Positions 1 through 8,757 of a stretch of 51,415 nucleotides of DNA are shown in pieces. Made by a program: the position numbers and the translations under genes. The stretch spans positions 1 through 51,415 of the forward strand of contig CAZVXU010000002.1 of NCBI GenBank assembly GCA_964631585.1, read 5' to 3'. The notes beneath the pieces are model-generated. The model had not been told where the DNA came from, did not search any database, and was given only the letters and a program-made list of their open reading frames with translations. The stretch is from an uncultured Spirochaetaceae bacterium. Its GTDB lineage: Bacteria; Spirochaetota; Spirochaetia; DSM-27196; PWMO01. Within the stretch, counting starts at the first letter, position 1; every line of letters starts with the position of its first letter.

Positions 1-824
1 AGGTAGCCGACATATCCGTCAATGAGGCGTTCCTGATCGATCCACTGCACGGCCTTCTGCTCGACGGCGCGGACGTTCTCGCGCATGGCCGCGTTCGGCT
101 CGAGGGCGTTGATGGCGTCCCAGAGGACGCGGTTGACGTCGCGGTCCTCGGTGTTCAGCAGATACGATACCACACCCCAGGCCTGAGGATAGAAGACGTC
201 GAGGCGATTGCGAGCCTCGGCGACGTCGATGCGGAGCAATTCGTCGAAGGGGATGGGCTCATCGCCGGAGCTCCCGTCGAGGATGGACTTCAGGTTGTCG
301 AGCCAGGTCAGATTCTCCCGATACACCGCCTGTCCGGAGGACGGATCGTAGTCGATCTCCTCGAAGTAGACCGCGAACCCCTCCCTCAGCCACAACGGCG
401 GGTTGGCGACGAAGGAGCGGAGGTACTGTATGAACGCCTGGTGATTCAGCGAGTAGTCGTACTCGGGATCCTCGCGGAAGTAACCGACGAGCTCACTGCG
501 CGCAAGGTTTCCGTAGTGGAGGTAGATGAAGTCCTCGCGGGTCTCGTCGATGGTGTTCCTCAGGAAGGTATCGTACGCCTCCCTGGAGGCAAAGATACGC
601 ACGCGCATGCGGTCGGGCAGCTCGCCGAGCTCGAAATGGAAGTAATCGTTGAAGATCTCGAGCGTGGCCTCGAGACGATCGGCGGTCTGCTCCGCGTGAT
701 TCCTGCCGACCTCGGAGACGATCCGATAGTGCTCGGTCTGTGCTTCGAATTGCCCGCCGCTCTGGGCCGGCAGGGTCGAGGATACTACGAGGAGTCCCGC
801 GAAAACCATTGCGATGCGTCTCAT
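1..824 (-). CDS. secreted hypothetical protein; the C-terminus lies beyond the window start
   Basis: My own reverse-strand translation from the ATG at 824-822 reads MRRIAMVFAGLLVVSSTLPAQSGGQFEAQTEHYRIVSEVGRNHAEQTADRLEATLEIFNDYFHFELGELPDRMRVRIF... I translated by hand down to about 421 with no stop; the rest to position 1 was read less carefully. GGAGG (complement of 832-836) lies 7 nt upstream. The N-terminus looks like a signal peptide. It is missing from the ORF track only because it has no in-window stop. The family is not recognised with confidence. Confidence 0.6.
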   Translation of the reverse strand, partial: MRRIAMVFAGLLVVSSTLPAQSGGQFEAQTEHYRIVSEVGRNHAEQTADRLEATLEIFNDYFHFELGELPDRMRVRIFASREAYDTFLRNTIDETREDFIYLHYGNLARSELVGYFREDPEYDYSLNHQAFIQYLRSFVANPPLWLREGFAVYFEEIDYDPSSGQAVYRENLTWLDNLKSILDGSSGDEPIPFDELLRIDVAEARNRLDVFYPQAWGVVSYLLNTEDRDVNRVLWDAINALEPNAAMRENVRAVEQKAVQWIDQERLIDGYVGY

Positions 825-882
825 CACCTTACCTCCATGCTCTCTATCAGTGTCGGCACGTTACCCGGGTAAACTTCAGGCG

Positions 883-1752
883 CTACTCCGGCGTCTCGGT
901 CACGTTGCTCACGATGATATTCAGCTCTTTGATGATGATCCCCGTGAACTTCTCGATGTTCTCGATGGTATAGCTCTGCATATTGTGAAGGGTAACGGCG
1001 AGGGGGCTGCCGAAGGGTACGTCGAGGAACACCGTGATGCGATAGCCGGTCGGCTCGTTCTTCACCTGCACCTTTCGGATTCTGGTTTCGGGGGCGTACT
1101 CGTCGATGCAGTGCATGATCATCTGGCTGAGCGCCGCCTCCGATATGGTCACCCGCCCCTTACTGCTGAAGTCCGGCCGCACGACGCTCTTCTCGTAGAC
1201 TTCCTGCTTTGTGAAAAAGCCTACACCCTTGCGCCAGAGGATACGGACGGAATCGGCCATCGTACGGGGGTAGTTCCTGCGCACTTCGATCGAGGGAACG
1301 GGGATAACGTGGCTTCCCTGTACACGGCGATAGTTGATGGCGGTACCTATCTCCTCCGCAGTGGCGACGTCCTCGATGCGCACGATCCGTGAGGGTGAGG
1401 GGAGCTTCAGCGCCTCCGCAATCTTATAGACCATGCGCTCCGAGGTCCCGATGACGAGCACCCGCTTGAAGTTCTCCCGCTCGAGGGCGTGGCGGACGGC
1501 GCGGCGATGCTCCTTGTCGGTGAAGAGCGCCGTTTTGACCGCGGCGAGGTAGGCCTTCTCCCGCTTTGCCGACTTGCCGGCGATAATCTTCTGGTCACGG
1601 ATCAGCAGGCCGTCGTCGATGAGGAGATCGATGCTGTACTTCTGCATTATGAGCTTTGCACGGAAGCTCTTTCCGGTGCCGCTCTTTCCGACGAGCGCAA
1701 ACACACGAATGCCGCGAAATCGCCAGATAATCTTGCCGAGAAACCTGATCAT
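883..1752 (-). CDS. P-loop NTP-binding protein with a C-terminal Asp23/alkaline-shock-like domain
   Basis: ORF 883..1824 trimmed to the internal ATG at 1752 (MIRFLGKIIW...), because the longer form overlaps the upstream gene, which stops at 1764. Walker A is ALVGKSGTGKS. The C-terminal part (ISEAALSQMIMHCIDEY...YRITVFLDVPFGSPL...IENIEKFTGIIIKELNIIV) resembles Asp23/DUF322. Confidence 0.75.
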   Translation of the reverse strand: MIRFLGKIIWRFRGIRVFALVGKSGTGKSFRAKLIMQKYSIDLLIDDGLLIRDQKIIAGKSAKREKAYLAAVKTALFTDKEHRRAVRHALERENFKRVLVIGTSERMVYKIAEALKLPSPSRIVRIEDVATAEEIGTAINYRRVQGSHVIPVPSIEVRRNYPRTMADSVRILWRKGVGFFTKQEVYEKSVVRPDFSSKGRVTISEAALSQMIMHCIDEYAPETRIRKVQVKNEPTGYRITVFLDVPFGSPLAVTLHNMQSYTIENIEKFTGIIIKELNIIVSNVTETPE

Positions 1753-1763
1753 TCTTCCATATT

Positions 1764-2933
1764 CTATTGATTGCCCGGCTCTTTGTATACGAGCCCCGAG
1801 AGTGACTCGGAGAGGCCGGCGCATGAAAGCGCCGCGTCGAGCTCTGCTGCCGCTGCCGATGCCGGGCCCGCGTGTGGGATATCGAGCCTCGCGGCGAGCT
1901 CCCGCCGCCGTTCCGGGCCCGGCGGGGCGCAGATGACGCGCGCGGGAAAGATCTCATCGGGCTCCTGATTGATGAGCACCGCCGCGTGGAGGAAATAGGC
2001 GTCCGCCGGGTGAGCCGCTCCCTCATCGCCTCTGCCGGCGCCGCCGGTGCCCCGGCCGCGACCGCCGCCGCGACCGCCGCCGTATTTCGTATCACCGAGG
2101 AGGGGGTGTCCGTGCGCCTCGGCCTGCGCCCGGATCTGGTGGGTTCGCCCCGTCTCGATGCGGATGAGCACAAGCGTCACCTCCGTGCCGCCCTCCGCTC
2201 CGGTCGGCCCGCCGACGAGCGTCGCGACGACCGACCGTGCCGGCCGGCTCGCCCCTGCCGGCGTCGCGTTCTTTCCGGTTCCTCCTCCGGGCGTCCCGCC
2301 AACAACCCGCGTGACGTTTCGCGAGCGGTCCCGTTCGAGGAAGTCCGCCCACGTTTCGACCCCGGGGAGACGACCCGAGAGCAGCGCGAGGTAGCCCTTC
2401 TCGAGTCGGCCGGTGCGCAGCAGCTCGGAGGCTCGCTGCGAGCCGCGGAGGGACCGCGGGAAGAGCATGAGGCCCGAGGTGTTACGGTCGAGGCGGTGAA
2501 TGGGGCCGGGACGAAAGGAGATGCTTTTCCTCGCCCCGGCCTCGAGATAGGGCCTGAGCGCTGCAAGCAGCCCGGTCCGACCGTGGACGGGCATACCGGC
2601 CGGCTTGTCGATGGCGAGGATGTGCTCGTTCTTGTAGATTACACGGCCCGCGAGCTCCGGCGGGATCGTGCCGCCGCCGTCCGGGGCGGCGCCGGCGCCG
2701 CGGTCCGGGGTGCCGGCCGCCGGGGCGAGCTCTTCGGGCAGCTCGAGGATGTCGCCGTGCTCTATCCTGTAGGAGGCGGCCCTCCGTCTGCCGCCCACCC
2801 GGATTTCTCCCTTGCGGATCAGGGTATAGATGCGGCCGAGCGAAACATCGGGGAGTAGCCGACGCAGTATCCGGTCGAGCCGCCGGCCTTCGTCGTGCTC
2901 GCCGAGGGGCAGGGAGGTCCGTGGTGAGCTCAC
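1764..2933 (-). CDS. RluA-family 23S rRNA/tRNA pseudouridine synthase (S4 domain plus catalytic domain)
   Basis: 389-aa ORF with a GTG start at 2933. It has an S4-like N-terminus (RLDRILRRLL...IYTLIRKGEIRVGG), the catalytic motif HRLDRNTSGLMLF, and GRTHQIRAQ. It also carries Gly/Arg-rich low-complexity insertions. Confidence 0.9.
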   Translation of the reverse strand: MSSPRTSLPLGEHDEGRRLDRILRRLLPDVSLGRIYTLIRKGEIRVGGRRRAASYRIEHGDILELPEELAPAAGTPDRGAGAAPDGGGTIPPELAGRVIYKNEHILAIDKPAGMPVHGRTGLLAALRPYLEAGARKSISFRPGPIHRLDRNTSGLMLFPRSLRGSQRASELLRTGRLEKGYLALLSGRLPGVETWADFLERDRSRNVTRVVGGTPGGGTGKNATPAGASRPARSVVATLVGGPTGAEGGTEVTLVLIRIETGRTHQIRAQAEAHGHPLLGDTKYGGGRGGGRGRGTGGAGRGDEGAAHPADAYFLHAAVLINQEPDEIFPARVICAPPGPERRRELAARLDIPHAGPASAAAAELDAALSCAGLSESLSGLVYKEPGNQ

Positions 2934-2962
2934 CCGCAGAGTCTCTCACGGGAAGCGCGCGC

Positions 2963-2991
2963 TTGACAAACCTCCCGCCGCTCCAAAGAAT
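2963..2991 (+). promoter_or_regulatory. candidate sigma-70 promoter (TTGACA-17 nt-AAGAAT) for the DUF212 gene
   Basis: TTGACA lies at 2963-2968 and AAGAAT at 2986-2991, with a 17-nt spacer. The -10 element overlaps the ATG at 2990. If this promoter is used, the transcript would start near the ATG at 2999, giving a leaderless or near-leaderless mRNA. Confidence 0.3.
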
Positions 2992-3478
2992 GAGGTCAAT
3001 GGAACCGCATGGGGAAGGTGCGCTGTACGAGCTGTTCGCAGGACCGGTGTTTCTATCGGCCTTCTTCAGCTGGTTTCTCGCCCAGGTTTTGAAAGCCGTT
3101 ATCGAGACGCTGCGGAGCCGGACATCGGGCTCGAAGGACGTGGCGCAAACCATATTCTGGAAGACCGGCGGCATGCCCTCGAGTCATGCCTCCCTGGTGA
3201 CCTCTCTGGCGACCTCCATGGGGTTCGAGTACGGGCTGTCCTCACCGTTGTTTACTCTGTCGCTCTTCTATGGAATACTCATCATACGTGATGCCCTGGG
3301 AGTTCGTCGGGCTGCGGGTTTGCAGGCCCAGGCGCTCAACCGGCTCGGGCTCGAGCTTCGGGACAAGGTGGGGATCCGTTTCAGAGCCGTGCGGGAGATC
3401 AACGGACACACCCCTGCCGAGGTTTCGGTCGGCGTGCTGCTCGGGTTCTTTATCGCCACCGGTTTCAGCCTGTTGTAG
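2990..3478 (+). CDS. divergent PAP2 / DUF212 family membrane protein (acid phosphatase / vanadium-haloperoxidase related)
   Basis: ORF 2921..3478. The GTG at 2921 overlaps the divergent rluA-like start, so an internal ATG at 2990 or 2999 is preferred. Diagnostic stretch: FSWFLAQVLKAVIE...GGMPSSHASLVTSLATSMG. Confidence 0.8.
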   Translation: MRSMEPHGEGALYELFAGPVFLSAFFSWFLAQVLKAVIETLRSRTSGSKDVAQTIFWKTGGMPSSHASLVTSLATSMGFEYGLSSPLFTLSLFYGILIIRDALGVRRAAGLQAQALNRLGLELRDKVGIRFRAVREINGHTPAEVSVGVLLGFFIATGFSLL

Positions 3479-3486
3479 AGAGCCCA

Positions 3487-5049
3487 ATGAATCGTCACGG
3501 TGTTGACTGGCGCGGCCCGACCCTGATCGGGTGTCTCCTTCTTATTTATCTGTTCTCCTCCGCAGCCTTCCTTCTGTTTATCCCGCAGACGCAAAGCCGT
3601 TCGTCTACCTGGAGCGGGTTCTACAGCCTTCTCGTTCCGCGCTCCGAGGAGCGCTCAGGCCTGGTCCCCGCCCTTCGCGCAGAGGGACTCGAGCGTGTTC
3701 TGAGCCTCGGGACCGCGACGGTACGCGTTTCCGACTTCAGCGGGCTCGAAGAAGTCGCGGTCACCGGTCTGGACGAGCGTCTTGCGCCGATGGACCCGCG
3801 ATGGGATCCCTTTCTGCGTGAGCTGCCCGAGTTTTTCCGCGGCGGCCCCGGCGGACAGTATGAAATCCTCTACCTCCGCACCGACGCTCCCATCGGCGCG
3901 GTCCGCAGCAGCGTTCGGCATGCCGTTGAGGCCGTCGGCGGGGTCGCGGGCTGGGAACTGGCGGAGTCGCCGAGCCCCGTTCGGGCCGTCTATCTCCTGG
4001 GCTTCGCGGCTGTCCTCGCGGCTGTGCTCCTTCCGGCGGGGCGTACCCGCCGGACTGCCGCGGCCGGCGCGTTGCCCTGGCTGGGGACCGTTGCCTGGGG
4101 AGGCGGGGGGACATTCGTTGCCGCCGCCCTCATCTATTTTGCGTGGGTGATGTTCGCAGACAGCGGTCGGCGCTACCTCGATCACCGCCTGCAGTACGGT
4201 AACTGGCAGGCAGGACGTCGGGAGCTGCGGCACAGCGCGCTCGTGCTTGCCGCAACCTGGGCGATCGTCCTCGGCGTTCATCCCGCGCAAAGCATCGGGG
4301 TGCTCGTGCCGATTTTCATCTCCAGCCTCGGGCTCGCAGCCTGGAGCGGTCTCTCGGTTGCGATGGCCGTGTTCAAGAGGCGTGAGCAGGATCACCGCCT
4401 CTTCGTACCGGTTACGCTTCGTACACAGCCGGCGGCGATTTCCGCAGTTTCCCGCTACGCCTCCACCGCGGCGTGGGTTGCCCTGTTCGTGGTTGCCGCA
4501 CCTTTCGCCGCGGCACTTCTGCCGCAGAGCAGCGTCCCCGACATCCCGCGCCCGGTCCCCGTTGCCGGGGGCGCGGAGATGAGTCTCGAGGCCCTCAACG
4601 CTCTGGGGGCCTCCTCCGGAGACACGGGGACGGTAGACATCGCCGACTACGTCGCTCATCGCGCCTATCAGGAGGGGTTCGTCTACGGGGCACGCTACGG
4701 CGTGCCGGCCTCCGGCTCGACGCTGACGCTGTCGCGTTTCCGTGAGGCCGGGGGGCTCACGGTGCGCGAGGAGGAGGTGATGCTGCGCTACGATCGCGCC
4801 TGGCTCGACGGAGTTCTCACTGAGAATGAAACCGGAATCGGAGCGCTTCTCAGCAATGGCAACGTGCCCTCGGGGGTTGTGCGAACCTCGGAACCGGGGG
4901 TATACTCCCCCGGTACACACCCGGCGCGTTACAGTCTACAGGCGCTGCTAGCGTTTTCACCATTCCTCTTTCTCGGCATCCGGGTTTTGATCACGGCCGG
5001 GAGTAATGCGCCTACACCGGTGCTCAGACGCAAGAGGCAGGCAGCATGA
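3487..5049 (+). CDS. hypothetical polytopic membrane protein
   Basis: 520-aa ORF with an N-terminal TM segment, a soluble segment, a cluster of hydrophobic helices (aa ~165-345), a second soluble segment and a C-terminal TM segment. No recognisable family. Its stop overlaps the rnfC start (ATGA at 5046-5049). Confidence 0.75.
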   Translation: MNRHGVDWRGPTLIGCLLLIYLFSSAAFLLFIPQTQSRSSTWSGFYSLLVPRSEERSGLVPALRAEGLERVLSLGTATVRVSDFSGLEEVAVTGLDERLAPMDPRWDPFLRELPEFFRGGPGGQYEILYLRTDAPIGAVRSSVRHAVEAVGGVAGWELAESPSPVRAVYLLGFAAVLAAVLLPAGRTRRTAAAGALPWLGTVAWGGGGTFVAAALIYFAWVMFADSGRRYLDHRLQYGNWQAGRRELRHSALVLAATWAIVLGVHPAQSIGVLVPIFISSLGLAAWSGLSVAMAVFKRREQDHRLFVPVTLRTQPAAISAVSRYASTAAWVALFVVAAPFAAALLPQSSVPDIPRPVPVAGGAEMSLEALNALGASSGDTGTVDIADYVAHRAYQEGFVYGARYGVPASGSTLTLSRFREAGGLTVREEEVMLRYDRAWLDGVLTENETGIGALLSNGNVPSGVVRTSEPGVYSPGTHPARYSLQALLAFSPFLFLGIRVLITAGSNAPTPVLRRKRQAA

Positions 5050-6368
5050 TCGGACGTAAGACCTTCCCTCGCGGGGGAGTTCATCCATACGAGCGCAAGT
5101 CGCTCTCCGAGCATAAGCGAATCTGGAACGCGGCGGTTCCCTCCGAGTGCATCGTGCCGCTGCAGCAGCACATCGGCAAGCCGGCGGAGGCGCAGGTGGG
5201 CCCAGGCGACGAGGTCCGTGAGGGCCGGCTGATCGGTAAAGCGCCCGGTTTCGTCAGTGCGAACATTCACGCACCCATCCCCGGCGTGGTGAGAGAGCTC
5301 CGCGAGGTCTATCTTCCCAGCGGGCTGGCCACCACGGCCGTCGTCATAGATCTGCAGGGTGAATTCGACCGCCTCGGCAAGCAGCAGACGGCGGCCGAAT
5401 GGCGCGACCGTGACGTGAAGTCGCTGCTGACGGCGATCCGCGAGAACGGCGTCGTGGGTATGGGCGGGGCGACCTTCCCGACCCACGTGAAATACACCCT
5501 ACCCCAGGGCAAAACCCTTGACTGGATGATTCTCAACGGGGTGGAGTGCGAACCCTACCTTACGGCAGACCACCGATTGATGCTCGAAATGACCGACCAG
5601 GTCATCGAGGGCCTCGAAATCGCGTCGCGAATTCTCGACGTCGAACATGTTGCGATCGGCATCGAGGAGAACAAGCCGGAGGTCATCGAGAAGATGCGGT
5701 CGCGGGTGAGGGAGCGGGGCCTCGACTTCCGGGTCGTGAGCCTGGAAACCAAGTACCCGCAGGGCGGCGAGAAACAGCTGATCAAAGCGATCACCGATCG
5801 CGAGGTCCCCTCCGGCGGCTTGCCGATAGATGTCGGTTGCATGGTATCAAACGCGGGCACCCTGAACGCGGTCTACGAGGCTGTCGTCTTGGACAAGCCG
5901 GTCATGGAGCGTGTCGTGAGCGTGACCGGCGGAGCGGTGCGCGAGCCCGGCAACCTCAAGGCGCGCATCGGGAGCACATTCGGTGAGCTCATCGAAGAGT
6001 GCGGCGGCCTCGCGGAGATCCCAAAGAAAGTTGTTGCCGGCGGTCCGATGACCGGCTTCGCTGTCTACGACCTCGACATGCCCCTCATCAAGGGAACGTC
6101 GGGCATTCTCGCGCTCACCGCGCGGGATGTCAACGAAGCGCCGCGGACGCCCTGTATCAACTGTGGCCGGTGCATCGCCGCCTGCCCGATGGGTCTGCAG
6201 CCGACGACGCTGTTCAAGCACATAGATCACGAAGAGTACAAGCCGGCCCGCACGCTCGGTCTCATGGACTGCATCGAATGCGGGGCCTGCAGCTACGTCT
6301 GCCCGGCGCATATCCCGCTGGTACAGGGCATGAGGATCGGCAAGCGTGTTGTCCGAAAGAAAGGTTGA
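5046..6368 (+). CDS. rnfC: Rnf electron-transport complex subunit C
   Basis: 440 aa. N-terminus is FPRGGVHPYERK. There are two C-terminal 4Fe-4S motifs (CINCGRCIAACP and CIECGACSYVCP). It is first in an rnfCDGEAB gene order. Confidence 0.93.
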   Translation: MIGRKTFPRGGVHPYERKSLSEHKRIWNAAVPSECIVPLQQHIGKPAEAQVGPGDEVREGRLIGKAPGFVSANIHAPIPGVVRELREVYLPSGLATTAVVIDLQGEFDRLGKQQTAAEWRDRDVKSLLTAIRENGVVGMGGATFPTHVKYTLPQGKTLDWMILNGVECEPYLTADHRLMLEMTDQVIEGLEIASRILDVEHVAIGIEENKPEVIEKMRSRVRERGLDFRVVSLETKYPQGGEKQLIKAITDREVPSGGLPIDVGCMVSNAGTLNAVYEAVVLDKPVMERVVSVTGGAVREPGNLKARIGSTFGELIEECGGLAEIPKKVVAGGPMTGFAVYDLDMPLIKGTSGILALTARDVNEAPRTPCINCGRCIAACPMGLQPTTLFKHIDHEEYKPARTLGLMDCIECGACSYVCPAHIPLVQGMRIGKRVVRKKG

Positions 6369-6371
6369 TCG

Positions 6372-7520
6372 ATGAGTACGCAGGCACCACCTGATCAGCG
6401 AATCGACAAGGACGCGCTGCGCGAGCAGCTCGTCGTCACGAGCTCGCCCCAGTTTCACGACGAGGCCTCGACGGCGCGCATCATGTGGTCCGTCAGCGCC
6501 TGTCTCCTGCCTGCGGCCGCATGGGGTATCTACGTCTTCGGACTCTCCGCCCTCTGGGTGATGCTTGCCGCAACCGTTGCGGCGGCGGGGACCGAGTACA
6601 TCATCGCGATGTGGATGGGCCGGGGGAACACCCTCCACGACGGAAGCGCCGTCCTCACGGGTTTTCTGGTGGGTCTCAACATGCCTCCCGTGATACCGGC
6701 CTACATCCCGATCATCGGATCGGTGTTCGCTATCGCCGTGGTAAAGTGGACCTTTGGCGGACTCGGCAACAACTGGATGAACCCTGCGCTGGCGGGCCGT
6801 GTATTCGTCTTTTTCTCCTGGACGGGTCACATGACGTCCTGGAAAATGCCGGCGACACTGCCCGCCACCGACGCACAGAGCGGCGCCACCATCCTCGGCG
6901 CGGTGAAGTCGGGTATCATCGAGAGCGACGGCGCGGTCGGCAACCCCAATCGCTACCTCGAGCGCATCGGTTTCCCGCGAAGCGACCTCGACACCGGCAT
7001 CACGAGCTGGCTCAACGACACGATTCTCGGCCCGCTGGGCATCAACATGCCGGGCGGCTACGTCGACCCCTTCGTCGGAAACGTCCCCGGCTCCATCGGC
7101 GAAGTCTCGGCCCTTCTGCTGCTGCTCGGTACCATTTATCTCTTTCAGAAGCGCATCATCACCTGGGAGATCCCCGCTGCCTATTTTGCCACCTTCGCCG
7201 TACTGATCTGGCTCTTCGGCGGGCTGCCGCTCGGCACGGGACTGTTCACCGGCGACGTGCTCTTCCATGCCTTCGCCGGGGGGCTTATTCTGGGAGTGTT
7301 CTACATGGCGACGGATATGGTGAGTTCCCCGACGACCTCGAAGGGGATGATCATCTACGGGGCGGGCGCGGGCTTCCTCACCTTTCTCATCCGAGTCTAC
7401 GGCTCCTTTCCCGAGGGCGTGTCCCTCGCGATCATCCTCATGAACATCACCGCACCCATGATCAATCGGTACACCCAGCCCAGCATCTTCGGCAAAGCCG
7501 GCGCGGAAGGGGAAGCATGA
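6372..7520 (+). CDS. rnfD: Rnf complex subunit D
   Basis: 382-aa polytopic protein with an NqrB/RnfD-like FMN attachment motif (DAQSGATILG). Confidence 0.92.
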   Translation: MSTQAPPDQRIDKDALREQLVVTSSPQFHDEASTARIMWSVSACLLPAAAWGIYVFGLSALWVMLAATVAAAGTEYIIAMWMGRGNTLHDGSAVLTGFLVGLNMPPVIPAYIPIIGSVFAIAVVKWTFGGLGNNWMNPALAGRVFVFFSWTGHMTSWKMPATLPATDAQSGATILGAVKSGIIESDGAVGNPNRYLERIGFPRSDLDTGITSWLNDTILGPLGINMPGGYVDPFVGNVPGSIGEVSALLLLLGTIYLFQKRIITWEIPAAYFATFAVLIWLFGGLPLGTGLFTGDVLFHAFAGGLILGVFYMATDMVSSPTTSKGMIIYGAGAGFLTFLIRVYGSFPEGVSLAIILMNITAPMINRYTQPSIFGKAGAEGEA

Positions 7521-8080
7521 TGCAGCAACTCGTCGCGATCGGTGGCCGACTGGCAGTAATCTGTACTGTTGCCGCCCTGGTGCTCGCGCTCGCGAATGCG
7601 GTGACTGCACCGGTCATCGCGCAGAACCGACAGGAGGCGCTCAACGCGGCTTTGCGACAGATCGTGGGCGACAGACAGGTCGGCGACCGTGTCCCCGTCG
7701 ATGAGGAAGAGAGCGAGATCGTGCGCGCCTACTACCCCGTGGGCGCATCGAGCTCCCCGGTCTCCCGCTACGTGGTGGAGCTCACCGGCTCCGGATACGG
7801 TGGCGAGATGCAGATCCTGGCCGGCATTGCCGCCGACGGTGAGGTTTTTTCCGCAGTGCTCATGCAGAACTCCGAGACCCCGGGGCTCGGCAAGGAAGCC
7901 GAGGATGCCGGTTACATGGAGGGAAAGTTCATCGGCAAAGGTGATGAGGAACCCATCCCCGCCACCAGGAGCGACCTGCCCCCGGAGGAAGCCGAGGCGG
8001 TCTCCGGCTCGACCATAACCTTCATGGGCTTCGCCGACGCCCTGCGGGCAGGCTCGACGTTCGTGAAAGAGAGGCTGTAG
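7517..8080 (+). CDS. rnfG: Rnf complex subunit G (FMN-binding)
   Basis: This is the last 187 codons of track ORF 6485..8080. The ATG at 7517 overlaps the rnfD stop (ATGA). It has an N-terminal TM anchor (MMQQLVAIGGRLAVICTVAALVLALA) and the flavinylation motif VSGSTITF. Confidence 0.9.
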   Translation: MMQQLVAIGGRLAVICTVAALVLALANAVTAPVIAQNRQEALNAALRQIVGDRQVGDRVPVDEEESEIVRAYYPVGASSSPVSRYVVELTGSGYGGEMQILAGIAADGEVFSAVLMQNSETPGLGKEAEDAGYMEGKFIGKGDEEPIPATRSDLPPEEAEAVSGSTITFMGFADALRAGSTFVKERL

Positions 8081-8082
8081 AG

Positions 8083-8748
8083 ATGCTCGACGAGTTCAAC
8101 AAAGGCATATTCAGGGAGAACCCCATATTCGTGATGGCCCTCGGGCTCTGTCCCGCCCTTGCGGTATCGGGGCAGGTGGTCAACGCCCTCGGTATGGGTG
8201 CGGCGGTCCTCTTCGTGCTTCTAAGTGCGAACGTGTTCGTTTCGCTTCTGAAAGATTTTATCCCGCCGAGGGTTCGCATCCCGGCCTACATCGTCATCAT
8301 CGCGAGCTTCGTGACGATCGTCGATCTGACCATGCAGGCCTATCTTCCGGCGCTTTCGGCGTCACTTGGCGTGTTCGTGCAGCTCATCGTGGTGAACTGC
8401 ATCATCCTCGGTCGGGCCGAGGCCTTCGCAAGCAGGAGCACCACCGCAAGCTCGGCGGTCGACGCCCTCGGCATGGCGGTGGGCTTCACGATCGGCCTCA
8501 CGGCCATCGCGCTGGTGCGCGAGATACTCGGGGCCGGCACCATCACGCTGTTTCCGGTGGGCGCATTCAACGGCACCATCGATATCCCCGGTATCGTCGA
8601 CTCGCCCGCCCGCGTCATGGCGCTGCCCGCCGGCGCGCTCCTCGCCATCGGCTTTCTGATGGCCGGATTCAACGCGTTGAAGGCAAAGCTGGATGCCGCA
8701 GAGGCCCGCCGCCGGGCCGCGGCCGGGTCCGAGCCCGAGGCGGCATAG
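8083..8748 (+). CDS. rnfE: Rnf complex subunit E
   Basis: 221-aa polytopic protein with the typical RnfE N-terminus (GIFRENPIFVMALGLCPALAVS). Confidence 0.92.
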   Translation: MLDEFNKGIFRENPIFVMALGLCPALAVSGQVVNALGMGAAVLFVLLSANVFVSLLKDFIPPRVRIPAYIVIIASFVTIVDLTMQAYLPALSASLGVFVQLIVVNCIILGRAEAFASRSTTASSAVDALGMAVGFTIGLTAIALVREILGAGTITLFPVGAFNGTIDIPGIVDSPARVMALPAGALLAIGFLMAGFNALKAKLDAAEARRRAAAGSEPEAA

Positions 8749-8757
8749 GAGGATGGT

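Noticed and set aside
861-872. Perfect 12-bp palindrome TTACCCGGGTAA between the P-loop gene stop and the first gene's start
   Set aside because: It is too short to stand above chance in GC-rich DNA, cannot form a stable hairpin because it has no loop, and has no second copy in the window. I note it only as a possible operator.
6485-7516. 5' two-thirds of the 531-aa track ORF 6485..8080
   Set aside because: This part is out of frame with, and fully overlaps, rnfD. Only the last 187 codons, from ATG 7517 (rnfG), make biological sense.
5847-7610. 587-aa ORF antisense to rnfC/rnfD
   Set aside because: This is a shadow ORF typical of GC-rich DNA. Its product is Arg/Gly/Asp/His-rich with no motif. 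The sense strand encodes unmistakable RnfC and RnfD with operon-consistent junctions.
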